NCBI GenBank assembly: GCA_044376115.1
Contig: JBILLK010000008.1
Coordinates: 160,001 to 224,000, forward strand
Direction: 5' to 3'
Source: Polyangiaceae bacterium
GTDB taxonomy: Bacteria; Myxococcota_A; Polyangia; Polyangiales; Polyangiaceae
DNA length: 64,000 nt
Each line of letters opens with the position of its first letter. Position 1 is the first letter of the stretch. A model generated the notes under the pieces. It did no database searches. It had not been told where the DNA came from and worked only from the letters and a program-made list of their open reading frames with translations. The translations under genes were made by a program, and so were the position numbers. This document shows positions 37,639-49,577 of the stretch, piece by piece.

Positions 37639-39261
37639 TTAGCCTCTTGGCAGTAGAACCCCAGGGTTCATGATCGCCGTTGGATCGAGCACGCTCTTGG
37701 CAGCTCGCAGCGCCTGCTGAAAGAGCGACGGGACCTCCTGCGCCCAGGAAGAGGCAAGCTCCTTTCCAACGGCGTGGTGATGAGTGACCGTACCGCCTTC
37801 GCGCAAAATGGCCTCGGTCAAGGCGTGTTTTACCTCCAGCCAGAAGCGGTCCGGGTCGGCAGGGTTTCTACACAAGAGGGTGCAATAGGGCGCACAACCA
37901 TCGCGATAGACGTGCGTGATCCGCCGGGCGAGGGCGTGCGGCCCGAGCTTCAACGTGGAGAGCGCCGCGCGCACGGCGGCATCCAGCGCTTCAACCTTGC
38001 TCCACGGAACGGCGGTCTCGAAGGTCTCGGCGAAGACGTCCATCAAGGCGAGCTCATCGCGCAGATAGGGCGCTCGAAAGAAGGCGGACTTGTAGGTGTC
38101 TGCTGTGTCGTCGCGACCGCCTGCATCCAAGCGCAGCTGCTCGGCTGGGATCAGCCCACCGTGCGAGCGCGCGATCTCACAAGCGGCCTCGAGCAATGAT
38201 GCGAAGTCCACCCCGGCCGATTCGAACGCCAACAGCAACAGGCAGCAGTCCCCTTGCCCAGCCCCACTAACGAGCGCCTCGATGTTGTCGAGCAAACGCG
38301 CGTTCGTCGGAGCGATGCCAGATTGGACGATGGTGCGTAGGGCCAAAAGGCCGTCGGTCATATTGCTAAAGCGGACAGTGGCCGAACAACGACGGGTAGG
38401 CCTTGGAAAGACGCGCAACCACGCTTCGGTGATGACGCCGAGCGCGCCCTCCGATCCGACGAACATGCGCTCGGCTTGGGGGCCAGCGCCAGAGCCAGGC
38501 AACCGCCGCGTTTGGAGGTAACCGCTCGGGGTCACCACCGCGAGCGAAGCCACCAGATCGTCGATGTGGGTGGGCCCTGTGGCGAAGTGACCACCTGCGC
38601 GCGTGGCGATCCAACCACCGACGGTGGAATGCTCGAAGGACTGTGGGAAATGACGCAGTGAAAGACCGTGCGGTTTGAGTTGTGCCTCGAGCTCCGGCCC
38701 CAACGTGCCCGCTCGAACCCGCGCGAGTAAGCTCTCTCGGTCCACCTCGACTACGCCGCTCATGCGCCGCAGATCGAGCGAGAGGACGGGCCCTTCGCCA
38801 CGGGTTGGCGTTACGCCGCCGTGAACGCTCGTGCCTCCACCGTACGGAATCACCGCGCAACGGCGCTCGGCGGCGAAGGCGAGCAGCTCCACGAGCTGTT
38901 GCTCGGACTCCGGAAAGGCGACGGCGTCGGGGGCTGTTGAAAAATCCCCGCGCACCGCGCGCGCGAGATCCCTGTACGACTTGCCCATCGCGTGGCTCAA
39001 CCGCTCTCGTTTCGAAACATCGATCAGCGGTTCGAGCTGGCTTGGGAACGCAAGCGACGACGGCTCAACCTCGATTTGATCGAGCGAAGGCGGCTCTCGC
39101 CGAACGAGCGTTCCGCCGAGCAGCGCCGAAAGGCCAACCTTGGCCATCTCCAGCTGCGCCGGCGAGGCTGATACACCCTCGTAGCCCCAGCCCCAAAACT
39201 TGCGTGTTTGCAGCAGAGTGACCTCCAGGTCGTTACGGCAAAGGACTCGTAACCATGTCAA
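37639..39261 (-). CDS. FAD-linked oxidase, alkyldihydroxyacetonephosphate synthase-like
   Basis: WGWG; PYGGGTSVHGG; HFPQSFEHSTVGGWIATR; GSEGALGVITE; HHHAVG; NPG. Start uncertain. Confidence 0.88.
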   Translation of the reverse strand: MTWLRVLCRNDLEVTLLQTRKFWGWGYEGVSASPAQLEMAKVGLSALLGGTLVRREPPSLDQIEVEPSSLAFPSQLEPLIDVSKRERLSHAMGKSYRDLARAVRGDFSTAPDAVAFPESEQQLVELLAFAAERRCAVIPYGGGTSVHGGVTPTRGEGPVLSLDLRRMSGVVEVDRESLLARVRAGTLGPELEAQLKPHGLSLRHFPQSFEHSTVGGWIATRAGGHFATGPTHIDDLVASLAVVTPSGYLQTRRLPGSGAGPQAERMFVGSEGALGVITEAWLRVFPRPTRRCSATVRFSNMTDGLLALRTIVQSGIAPTNARLLDNIEALVSGAGQGDCCLLLLAFESAGVDFASLLEAACEIARSHGGLIPAEQLRLDAGGRDDTADTYKSAFFRAPYLRDELALMDVFAETFETAVPWSKVEALDAAVRAALSTLKLGPHALARRITHVYRDGCAPYCTLLCRNPADPDRFWLEVKHALTEAILREGGTVTHHHAVGKELASSWAQEVPSLFQQALRAAKSVLDPTAIMNPGVLLPRG

Positions 39262-40186
39262 AGGGCACCGAGGTCTCTGTCCCGCTCACGAGCTTGACGA
39301 CGTAGCGCAAGCCGTCTTCCTCGGACTTGAGCACCGAGCCCGAAACCAGCTCCTCACCTTGCAACACCATCACCTTGTCCCCAGCCTTGTGGGTGTGGTG
39401 AATCGACATCGCCCTGATGAAGTTAGCCGGGAGCCTAAAGGGCCGGCCTGACCAGGTGACGAGCCAAGACTTTCCTTCCGCAGTGGAGACAAACTGCCCG
39501 CCGCGCCATACGACCTTTTCTTCACCCAAGGAGTTGTGCGTACTGTCGCGTGCGACAGCCACGGCGCCGAACTTCAAGGTGCCGTCGAGTTTGATGACAT
39601 CCGATTGAGGGATCGACAATTCCTTCAGTTCACCCGCGTAGCGAAAGCGCACCGATACCCCGTCCGCCGCCACACTAACGACGCGGGCCACAGCGCGACT
39701 ACCCATCGCCGGAACCACCACGGCGTCACCCTTCAACAGGCCCTCCGGCCGCCGAAGCGGCGCTGTGAAGGCGCCTGGAACGAAGATGTCACCGCGCTCG
39801 CTTTGCACGACAGCAAACGGCGCCTCAACGCGCGCCACGGATTCGACCGACAGCTTCAAGGTCTCCCAGCCGCTGCTCATCGGCACGACCAACCAGCCAC
39901 GAGAACCGGCGCTAAGCTCGGATGGCGTATTGGGTCCGGAAAAATCGGCCCATTTACGTACGGTGCTGACAGGAACGCTCGAGGCGAGATTGGTCAGCAC
40001 CAAGGCAGGTCCACTCGAGCTTGAAGCCTGCGACGACGGTGCACTCGACCGAACCGGGTCGACCTCTGCGCTGGGTTCAGCGGAGCTCTCAGGCGCAGCG
40101 GGCACGGTGTAGACCTCGTCTTCACCGCAGCCGATCACTTGCGCCAACACCAAGAACCAAGCACCGGGCCTCGACCTCTGAATCAT
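39233..40186 (-). CDS. Hypothetical lipoprotein with SH3/Tudor-like small beta domains
   Basis: Lipobox VIGC; Ser/Pro linker; repeated KGDAV/AGDKV beta modules. Confidence 0.65.
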   Translation of the reverse strand: MIQRSRPGAWFLVLAQVIGCGEDEVYTVPAAPESSAEPSAEVDPVRSSAPSSQASSSSGPALVLTNLASSVPVSTVRKWADFSGPNTPSELSAGSRGWLVVPMSSGWETLKLSVESVARVEAPFAVVQSERGDIFVPGAFTAPLRRPEGLLKGDAVVVPAMGSRAVARVVSVAADGVSVRFRYAGELKELSIPQSDVIKLDGTLKFGAVAVARDSTHNSLGEEKVVWRGGQFVSTAEGKSWLVTWSGRPFRLPANFIRAMSIHHTHKAGDKVMVLQGEELVSGSVLKSEEDGLRYVVKLVSGTETSVPFDMVTSPLP

Positions 40187-40236
40187 TGCAACTGATTCTG
40201 ACCAGAAGTCGCGGCCCGCGGAAAGAGCTTCCTGCG

Positions 40237-42531
40237 CTAGGGCTTCTTGGCCGGGCTGGGAGCCGTGACATCCAGTTCTTGGATCAAGTCCGAGAGTTCG
40301 CTCCTCGCGTCGAGACGCTTGGCCTCGAGCTCGGCCAGTTGCGCGCCCAGCTTGTTGCCCTCGGTGCTGAACTCATCGAGCTGCTTCGTCCACTTTTGGC
40401 GCTGGGCAGCGGCCTGGTTGTTCTTCTCGATCGCTTGGATATTCGCGCGGAGCTCGGAGGCTCGCTGATCGAGCTTGTTGCGCTTCTCGGTCAGGCCAAA
40501 GAGCTGCTCCTCGAGCCTCCCCAGCTCCCTGCGCTTGTCCACGACCGGTTGCAGCTTCTTCTTCAGCTCGGGCGTGAGGTCGGTGTAGGTCAGCAGCTTC
40601 TCGAGCAGCTCGAGCGCAGGCCGCTCCCAGATGCTCAGCGAGCTGCGGCTGGGAGTTTGCTCGATGATGGTGATGGTGCCTTCACGCGCGCCGGCGGCCA
40701 CGTTGACGGGCACGAGGTAACCGTCCGATAGGTCTTCGGTCCCTGCTGGTCGCTCCGAGAGCGAGTAGTTCCAGCCGGTCTTGCTGTGACGAATGAGGAC
40801 GTTGAAGCCCTTGTCGTTGGTCTGACTCTTGACGGTGTAGGTGGTAACGCGGCGAGCGAATTGCTCCACCTCGAGCACGCCGCGCGACATCTTGATCAGC
40901 CGCATCTCCTCGCGGTCGTCTTTGACCGACGAACTGACCATGATGTCGGTCTCCACGGCGAAAGGAATGGTGGCACTCGTACCCGCGCCAACCGTCTCAC
41001 TGAGCCCTTCGCCCACGAAGCTGCCGCCTGCATAGATAGAGATCGGCCCGGGCTCGAGCACGAACGGGGTGCTGTTGCGGAACCGCACCACACGGTAGGG
41101 ATTGGCCTCGTAGCCCATGCCAGCGCCGCCCGGTCGGAACAGGAAGGTCTCTTCGCCTTCGACGTCGGAGTTCACGATCGCGACCATCGTCGAGGTGCCG
41201 TCGGGGACGGTCACGCGCGAATCGAGATCGAAGCGCGTTTGACCGGAGACGGTGGCGGCTTTTGCTTGCGCCAACGTCGAGCGGCGCAGCGAATCGAAGT
41301 CGATGGTTTGCTCTTGTTTGAGCGACTCACCGCCGTATCCGTAGCCCTTCTCGGCGGACTTCGGGGGAGGCGCCGGGCTCGCTGAAGCGAGCCGACTGGG
41401 GCGCTTCTTTGATTCGTTGCGTGACTCTTTGGCGCCGCCAAACGCACGCCCGCCCTGAACTTCGTCGAGGTCGTAAGCGCCGTCGCCCTCGGCTTCCTCC
41501 GCTGCGGCCATCGCGCCGGGGGCCGGCAGCCCAGCCATGAGTCCGGCGTCGGGCGCAGGCTGATAGGTGGTCTCGCCCACCATGGCCTGCGCCTGCTTGC
41601 GTACGCCGGTTTCGGTTAGGTCGGCGCGAAAGACGTCGCGCGGCGTGTGAAGGTCGTACCGGAACGCGATCGGCGCGCCGCTGGTGAGCCCGAGCTCGAC
41701 GTTGCCCCAGTCTTCACCGCTGGTGTTGTCCACGACGGCCCACGCTTGAAGCAGCGCCTTGCCTTTGCCCTCCTTGGGTAGCACGACGCGATAGGTCGGC
41801 TTCCACATCGGCGCCTGCGCCACGTAGCTCACGAGCAAGTCGTGCGAGCTTGCTCCGACGAGCCGAATGCTGACGGCGACCTGCTGGAACATGCCCTCAC
41901 CGGCGCTCGCATCGAGCGTGCGATTGAACTGCATCGCCAGGTCTCCGTCCTCGAGCTTGATCGAGCGCACCTTGGACAACTTCACCACGCGCAAATTCGC
42001 GCCGTCGAGCAGCGTGACACGGTGGTCGGTGGAGCCCGGCTGGGGCATGGGGAAGGACCCGCGGGCAGCGGGCATGTCCTCGGGCGCGTCATCGAGCTGT
42101 TCCACCATGATGATGCGGCCAGTGATGCTGCCGTCGGAGGTAACCAACGTCACGCCGGAGCCGCGCAAATCATCGAGCACTTGGGCCAGGTTTCCGCGAC
42201 CCGGTTGCAACGTCGCGAGCGCAGCGTTGGCCCACGTCGACGGATCGAGCGGCATCGATACGCTGACCGCGCGGCCCGTCGCCTTCTCGACCACGGTCAA
42301 GCTCTTGAGCAGGTCATTGACCTGGTCCTTGCGAACCTTGATCGTCAGAATGTCCCCGTCCACCTCGCCGGTGCGCTCAAAGTAACCAACACCGTTACGG
42401 TACAAAACGACGCGGTCGAGCTTGAGCGGTGAGTCGGTGGTGGGGTAGCGCAGTCTCGCTTCGTTGGCACAGCCAAAGAACGTCGAAGCAACTAAGAACA
42501 GAGCTGACAATGGGAGGCGCTTTCGAAACAT
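40237..42531 (-). CDS. DUF4139/DUF4140-like lipoprotein with C-terminal coiled coil
   Basis: Start reset to MFRKRLPL..FFGC; VVLYRNGVGYFER; WKPTYR; VDNTSGEDW. Confidence 0.85.
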   Translation of the reverse strand: MFRKRLPLSALFLVASTFFGCANEARLRYPTTDSPLKLDRVVLYRNGVGYFERTGEVDGDILTIKVRKDQVNDLLKSLTVVEKATGRAVSVSMPLDPSTWANAALATLQPGRGNLAQVLDDLRGSGVTLVTSDGSITGRIIMVEQLDDAPEDMPAARGSFPMPQPGSTDHRVTLLDGANLRVVKLSKVRSIKLEDGDLAMQFNRTLDASAGEGMFQQVAVSIRLVGASSHDLLVSYVAQAPMWKPTYRVVLPKEGKGKALLQAWAVVDNTSGEDWGNVELGLTSGAPIAFRYDLHTPRDVFRADLTETGVRKQAQAMVGETTYQPAPDAGLMAGLPAPGAMAAAEEAEGDGAYDLDEVQGGRAFGGAKESRNESKKRPSRLASASPAPPPKSAEKGYGYGGESLKQEQTIDFDSLRRSTLAQAKAATVSGQTRFDLDSRVTVPDGTSTMVAIVNSDVEGEETFLFRPGGAGMGYEANPYRVVRFRNSTPFVLEPGPISIYAGGSFVGEGLSETVGAGTSATIPFAVETDIMVSSSVKDDREEMRLIKMSRGVLEVEQFARRVTTYTVKSQTNDKGFNVLIRHSKTGWNYSLSERPAGTEDLSDGYLVPVNVAAGAREGTITIIEQTPSRSSLSIWERPALELLEKLLTYTDLTPELKKKLQPVVDKRRELGRLEEQLFGLTEKRNKLDQRASELRANIQAIEKNNQAAAQRQKWTKQLDEFSTEGNKLGAQLAELEAKRLDARSELSDLIQELDVTAPSPAKKP

Positions 42532-42613
42532 GCGGGGATACTCTCCGTTGAGCGAGGGGTCGTCCAGACGGAGCAGACGTACGACAACGGAATTCGTTCT
42601 ATGCTTTCTCCGG

Positions 42614-44218
42614 TTGTCTTCGCCCTCCGGCTCGGACACATTGCGGGCGTTGCTCACTCTTGCTCGGCGAGTCGCGGTCGACGGACCCCTCAAACCACGC
42701 GAAGGCGTGCGCCTGGGAGCTCGCCTCGCGCGGACGTTGAAGCCACTGCATGCGAGCGGTGAGTCGCACGGCCGCATCGGCGCGGAGGCGATCTTACTGC
42801 CCACACGGCTCCTCGCCGACGCGGTGCTGATCCAGCCGCAGAAGCCTCGCGCGAGGCCGCTCAAAAAGAGCGGGCCGGCTGGGCTCGCGGCCGACACCGT
42901 GGCTATCGCGCGGCTGGTGCACTTCGCGATCACCGCCCATGAGACGGCGGCCGGCGAGCGTCCGCCGCCCTTGGCCGTCTTCGATTCCGGGGACGATGAG
43001 CTCGACCAAACGCTGAACGACGTGTTCCTTCGGGCGACAACGCCCACGCCCGCTACGCTCGATCAGCTTTGTGAATCGCTCGACCGTTGGTTGGAAGCCG
43101 AAGGGGCGCTCGTCGACGAGCCGCTCGCGTGGGAGGAGGAGGCAGCGGAACCGTCGATTGACCTCTCCACGCTCCCTCCGCCCCCCGCTGCGCCACTGAG
43201 CCAGGCCGGGTACGGCTTGGACGAGGCGACACTCGACTTCGAGGAAGACGGGGAACGCCCGACGGTGCCGGGGAGCGTTGAACAACCACCGAGGCGCATG
43301 CCCAAGCTGGTTCCGCCCAAGCTAGGTACTCGTCCGTCGAAAGGCCGCAGCGCAGAGAAAGAGCAAGCCGACGACGCCAAAGCACCGGACTCGGCGCCGT
43401 TGGCCGAAAGAGAGCCCGCGAATCCACGTGCAGGTTGGCCTTGGCTCGCCGCCGTGGCGTCGGCGGCTGCGGTCGTCATCGTATGGTTTGCGACCCGAGG
43501 ATCGACGTCGAACATGGGTGACGCCCAGCCTTCCTCCGGCGCTGAACGGCCTGCAGACTCGCTGCCTTTGGCTTCGCAGAGCGGCGCGCCGGCACGCGCG
43601 GCGAGCGAGCTGACGAACTCCTTGCGCGCGACCGCCAACCCCGCGAGCGCGACGGCAGCGGCTTCAACGCCTTCCGTTGCTACGGCCTCCAGCGCGCCGG
43701 TCGCGGCACCGGAAGCACTCGAACGCTGCATCACCCGAGCGCTGCCCGCCGACACGTTCGAAGGGACCTTTACCGATTTCAGTCCGGTGTGCGCCGCGAG
43801 CGAGGTGCTCGATGGTTCGCAACGGTTTCGCGAGATGATCGTGAGGGCGGGTCATGGGCGCGCCGTTACCAGCGGCATGAAAGAGTGGTCGCTGCTGGGC
43901 TTCTTCGAGTTGGCGGCCTTCGCGGTGCTCCGTCAGCGCTGCTGCAACGCCGAGCCCATCGCTGTGCCTTCGTCCCCGGAGAGTTGCCCCGTCTCGATGG
44001 AGAAGGCGATCCGACAGCTCGAAGCGGCTGACTTCTCCTCCAAGAAGCAAGTCGCTTCGGCCATCGACCAACTGGAGAAAGCCGCCCGCTGCATAACGCG
44101 CTCAGGCGCCGAAAAGCGCTTTGGTGGGCATCCGGCCCTCTCCGGTGGCGAAGGAACGCCGCTCAAACGGATCGTAAAGCGGCTCGGTGAGCCCACATCT
44201 GCTCACAAAGCGCCGTGA
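42614..44218 (+). CDS. Degenerate kinase-like (pseudokinase) single-pass membrane protein
   Basis: LARTLKPLHASGESHGRIGAEAILL resembles kinase alphaE plus catalytic loop without Asp; TM WPWLAAV..; Cys-containing C-terminal domain. Start uncertain. Confidence 0.65.
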   Translation: MSSPSGSDTLRALLTLARRVAVDGPLKPREGVRLGARLARTLKPLHASGESHGRIGAEAILLPTRLLADAVLIQPQKPRARPLKKSGPAGLAADTVAIARLVHFAITAHETAAGERPPPLAVFDSGDDELDQTLNDVFLRATTPTPATLDQLCESLDRWLEAEGALVDEPLAWEEEAAEPSIDLSTLPPPPAAPLSQAGYGLDEATLDFEEDGERPTVPGSVEQPPRRMPKLVPPKLGTRPSKGRSAEKEQADDAKAPDSAPLAEREPANPRAGWPWLAAVASAAAVVIVWFATRGSTSNMGDAQPSSGAERPADSLPLASQSGAPARAASELTNSLRATANPASATAAASTPSVATASSAPVAAPEALERCITRALPADTFEGTFTDFSPVCAASEVLDGSQRFREMIVRAGHGRAVTSGMKEWSLLGFFELAAFAVLRQRCCNAEPIAVPSSPESCPVSMEKAIRQLEAADFSSKKQVASAIDQLEKAARCITRSGAEKRFGGHPALSGGEGTPLKRIVKRLGEPTSAHKAP

Positions 44219-44320
44219 ACGCTTTGCGCAGCAAAGCAGCTACTGGTGGGCCACAGGCCAAGCGGTGGTATCATCGACGTTCTTACGCGCGACGAGCTCG
44301 CGCCGCCCTTGCACCTTGCC

Positions 44321-45752
<1,432 letters not shown>

Positions 45753-45760
<8 letters not shown>

Positions 45761-46760
45761 GTGTCTATTGGGGTTGGGATTGCTAGCGAACCTGCTGCTC
45801 GCTGGAACTGCGCTTGCGCAAACACCCACCGACTCGCCCGAGGTGAACGGGGCTGAACCGACGAGGGACACGAAGGCGAACGCCATCCAGTTCTTCAACC
45901 GCGCGAAGGACCTGCACGAGGCTGGGAAGTTCTCGGAGGCGTGTCCGCTGTTCGAAGAGAGTTTGCGGCTCGACTTCGGGCTTGGGGCGTTGCTCTACCT
46001 CTCGGATTGTCAGGAGCAGATTGGCCGAACCGCGAGCGCGTGGGCCGGCTTCAAAGAGGCCTCTGAGTTAGCGGCGCGCGCAGGCCAAAAAGAGCGCGCG
46101 GCGATCGCCGCTGATCGCGCAGCAAAGCTTGAACCGACCTTGAGCTACCTGCGCATCGAGCTCGCGCCAGAGCACGCCGAGACCAAGACGCGCCTCAAGC
46201 GGAACGGCGCCGCAATCAGCGCACTCTTGTCGCTCGACGCGTTGGCTGTCGACCCTGGCCCGCAGGAAGTCATCGCTGAGGCCGACGGCTACAAGCCGTT
46301 CAAGACCTCGATTGAGGTCCCCAAAGGAACAGGCACCACCACGCTCAAGATCCCCGCGCTCGAGAAAGCGCCTGTCGTCGCTACTCCGCAAGAGTCGTCG
46401 GGCATCGATGGTGATTCGATGCGCATCGCTGGGGTCGTGGTTGGCGGCGGAGGCTTGGTGGGAATCGCCATCGGCACCGGCTTCGGCATCGACGCCATCA
46501 AGACGTATGACGCAGCGTTGGCTACCTGCGAGGGCGGCGCACCCAATCGCTGCACCGACGAGGGCATCGCGCTGCAAGAGTCGGCGAAGCAATCCGCGCT
46601 GATCTCGACGATCTCCTTTGCAGTGGGTGGCACGTTGGTCGCGGGCGGTGCGCTGCTCTACTTCCTCGCACCCGCTAGTGAGCCGGCCCCGGCTGTCATG
46701 CTGAGAGACTTTCGTATTGGGTCTGACGGAGCTTACTTATCGCTAGGAGGTGTCTTGTGA
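45753..46760 (+). CDS. TPR + PEGA-like secreted/membrane protein
   Basis: Signal peptide; TPR EACPLFEESLRLD; VDPGPQEVIAEADG PEGA-like; Gly-rich hydrophobic hairpin. Confidence 0.8.
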
Positions 46761-47839
46761 AGTTCATCCGCGTGACTGAGGCAACTGCTCTCCGCGCCCT
46801 CGCGCAACTTGGACTCCTGTCCTGCTTGCTCGCCGGCTGTGATGCACTGATCGGGATTCAGGATCTGAGCAAGCCGACGAACACCGGGGGTTCTGGCGGC
46901 CAGGGCACTCAGTGCACCGTGCCCGCCGACTGCCCGGACACCGGGGATCCGTGCATCGTGCGGGCGTGTGCGAACAACCAATGCGAGCTGCGTGAGGTTC
47001 CGGACGGCCCTGTCGCTTCGGACCCCGTGGGCGACTGCAAGCAGCAGGCGTGCGCCGCGGGCCTCTTGGTTGAGACGCCCGACGCAACCGACCTCCTCGT
47101 CGACGGCAACCCCTGCACCCTGGACGCGTGCTCGCCCGACGGTCCCTTACCTCCGACGAACACGGCGAAAGGCGAAGCGTGCGAGGGGACTGCGGGTGTG
47201 TGCGACGGCGACGGCGCCTGCGTCGAGTGCTTACCGCTCGGCAACCAATGCACCGGCGTCAGCGTGTGCATCATGAACGAGTGCGTTTCGGCCAGTTGCA
47301 ACAACGGCACGAAGGATCCGATGGAGACCGACGTCGATTGCGGCGGCTCCTGCCCTGCCTGTGCAGACGGGAAAGACTGCGAAGAGGGCAACGACTGCGA
47401 GTCGTTGGTCTGCGAGAGCGGCGGTGGCGGTAGCATGACCTGCCAAAAGCCGACCTGCGACGACAGCAAGAAGAACGGGCTCGAGACGGCCAAAGATTGC
47501 GGCGGGAATTGCCCAGCGTGTGAGGACGGCAAAGGCTGCCTCAAGGACTCCGACTGCCTGTCGTTACAGTGCACAGATTGCTCGGGAAGCGGCTGCGTCT
47601 GCTCAGCGCCCAGCTGCACCGATGGCGTAGAAAACGGGCAGGAGATCGACGTCGATTGTGGGCCCGGCCAGGACTGCGTCGGAACCTGCGAGACAGGTCG
47701 GGCTTGTGATCAGCCTGAATGGTGTTTCTCGTTCAACTGCGTAGACAACATTTGCCTCGCGCCGTCGTGCGATGACGAGATCCTCAACGGCAACGAACAA
47801 AACACCGATTGCGGCGGGGATTGCGACCCCTGCATTTAA
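46757..47839 (+). CDS. Cys-rich repeat lipoprotein
   Basis: Lipobox LAGC; four C-x-D/N..E..DCG repeats; GTGA overlap. Confidence 0.85.
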   Translation: MKFIRVTEATALRALAQLGLLSCLLAGCDALIGIQDLSKPTNTGGSGGQGTQCTVPADCPDTGDPCIVRACANNQCELREVPDGPVASDPVGDCKQQACAAGLLVETPDATDLLVDGNPCTLDACSPDGPLPPTNTAKGEACEGTAGVCDGDGACVECLPLGNQCTGVSVCIMNECVSASCNNGTKDPMETDVDCGGSCPACADGKDCEEGNDCESLVCESGGGGSMTCQKPTCDDSKKNGLETAKDCGGNCPACEDGKGCLKDSDCLSLQCTDCSGSGCVCSAPSCTDGVENGQEIDVDCGPGQDCVGTCETGRACDQPEWCFSFNCVDNICLAPSCDDEILNGNEQNTDCGGDCDPCI

Positions 47840-48318
47840 CCCGCAGGAACGACGAGCTTGACCAGCGTTAGTACTCGACCAACGAGCAGTTGGTCGAAGC
47901 GCTCGGCCTCGCCCTCGAGCACCGCAGCGTAGGCCGTCTTCATCTCGACCTGCGTCTGCGTAAGCACGCTCACGAGATCCTCCCAGCCCGGGTTGTGCCC
48001 GACGATCATCCAGGTTTTGACGTCGGCTGGGAGTTCGGCGGCGAGCTCTCGTACGGCGTCGAGATCGGTCAGGTAGAAACGCCGATCAAACTGCACCGGC
48101 ACCGAATCGAAGCACGGCCGCATCGCCTCGAGCGTCTCGCGCGTGCGCGTCGAATCACTCGAGGTGATGTAGTCGGGCACGAAGCCGAGTTCGAGCAGCT
48201 GGGCAGCCGTGGACGGCGCTTCACGCAGCCCACGCTTGTTGAGTGGCCGTTCGTGATCATTGGACGCACCGGCGTCCCAATCGCTTTTGGCGTGCCTAAG
48301 TACGATGAGTCGCCGCAT
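47836..48318 (-). CDS. sixA: SixA-type phosphohistidine phosphatase
   Basis: LRHAKS; RPL; SSDSTRTRET; VGHNP. Confidence 0.88.
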   Translation of the reverse strand: MRRLIVLRHAKSDWDAGASNDHERPLNKRGLREAPSTAAQLLELGFVPDYITSSDSTRTRETLEAMRPCFDSVPVQFDRRFYLTDLDAVRELAAELPADVKTWMIVGHNPGWEDLVSVLTQTQVEMKTAYAAVLEGEAERFDQLLVGRVLTLVKLVVPAG

Positions 48319-48326
48319 GAAAGCGC

Positions 48327-49502
48327 TCAGGGAGCCGTCGGCTGCTGCTGGGGCCCGATGCCGGGAACACAGGCGAACGTGGTGTCGGGGTCCCCATCGT
48401 CGATCACCGACATCTGCGTGTAGTCCGGTATCGGCGCATCGTTGAAGATCTCGCATTCGTCACGCGTGCAGATGTCGTTGTCCACGGGGGTGAGCGTGCG
48501 TCGCACCTCGAGGTCGTCGATGTTCCAGCCACCCACCGAAGGCAGCGTGGCGGTCTTGCTAAACGAAAAGACCAAGCGCAGCGAGTTGCCGGTCGCAAGC
48601 GCGTCCGCAGCGGCGGCCGTTAGATCGTGCCTGACCTCAAACCAACCTGTACCAAGGGGCGGCGCGTCGTTCACGACGCCGGCGGTGTTGTCCCAAATGG
48701 GATAGCTGTTCGGCCCAACCGTCGCGGTGATCGACGCGCCCATATCAGCGGGCGCGTCACCAGCGAGCCAGCGCCAGAAGACCAACGTTACGAACTCTTC
48801 GGGTTGCACCGAGCTGACGTTGATGCTCGGGCTCGTGAGCGGGCTGATGATCGCCTGCGTGGCCACGAGAGCGCCTTGCGCCGTGCCTGCGATGCCATCC
48901 CCTTCCTCGGAGTGATCCGAGATCGGATCATTCGCGCCGTTCTTTCCGCCGGAACTCGCAGCTGCCGAGCCGATGAACCACTGCGGCCCGAGCGCCCAGC
49001 CAGCAGCGTTGCTGGTGAAGTTCTCGGAGAAGATCGTGGAGTACGGAAGGTTCGACGGGCCGGTCACCGGGTCGCACAGATCGTAGGTGCAGGGGTTGTC
49101 GACGATCGGGGTGGCGATGTTTTGAATGGTCCCCGTCCTGGGGTCGCACGAATCCATCGTGCAAATGTTGTCGTCTTCGGCGGCATCGAACTGCACGCAC
49201 TTGTTCTCATCGGGGTTGCAGAACTCGATGGTGCAGAGATCGTCGTCGTCGCAGTCGGGGTCACCGAGACAGTCCTGGCCGTTGACGCCTCCTCCCGTTC
49301 CGCTGCTGCCACCACCGCCTACGAGCCCGGTGCCAACCGAACTGTTGCCGTTGGGGGTGGGCACCTCGGTCACGCCGTCCTTGTCCTCGGGCGCGCCGCT
49401 GCCGTTCACGTCGTTGCAGCCGAAGAGGGCGACGACGCTGAGCAGCAAGGCCGCGTTGGAGCCGCGAAGGGAGGTGCGTGCGGATGAAGCTAGGGAGGCC
49501 AT
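48327..49502 (-). CDS. Lipoprotein with DDxxCTxDxC repeats flanking a beta-sandwich domain
   Basis: Lipobox LFGC; DDDLCTIEFC, DDNICTMDSC, DNPCTYDLC, DNDICTRDEC; GWNIDDLEV. Confidence 0.8.
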   Translation of the reverse strand: MASLASSARTSLRGSNAALLLSVVALFGCNDVNGSGAPEDKDGVTEVPTPNGNSSVGTGLVGGGGSSGTGGGVNGQDCLGDPDCDDDDLCTIEFCNPDENKCVQFDAAEDDNICTMDSCDPRTGTIQNIATPIVDNPCTYDLCDPVTGPSNLPYSTIFSENFTSNAAGWALGPQWFIGSAAASSGGKNGANDPISDHSEEGDGIAGTAQGALVATQAIISPLTSPSINVSSVQPEEFVTLVFWRWLAGDAPADMGASITATVGPNSYPIWDNTAGVVNDAPPLGTGWFEVRHDLTAAAADALATGNSLRLVFSFSKTATLPSVGGWNIDDLEVRRTLTPVDNDICTRDECEIFNDAPIPDYTQMSVIDDGDPDTTFACVPGIGPQQQPTAP

Positions 49503-49537
49503 GGCGGCAGCGTATCGGGCCTGGGTCAGCAAGCCAA

Positions 49538-49577
49538 GATTCCGCCGAAGGCGTCACGGGTGATTCCGCCGAAGGCG
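49538..49577. repeat. Direct repeat of 16 bp, GATTCCGCCGAAGGCG x2
   Basis: Exact copies at 49538-49553 and 49562-49577 in a divergent intergenic region. Confidence 0.85.

Noticed and set aside
42532..43047. N-terminal 171-aa extension of the 936-aa ORF 40237-43047
   Set aside because: It overlaps the opposite-strand gene; the lipoprotein signal begins at ATG 42531.
49538..49577. Possible mini-CRISPR
   Set aside because: Only two 16-bp units with an 8-nt spacer, and no cas genes.
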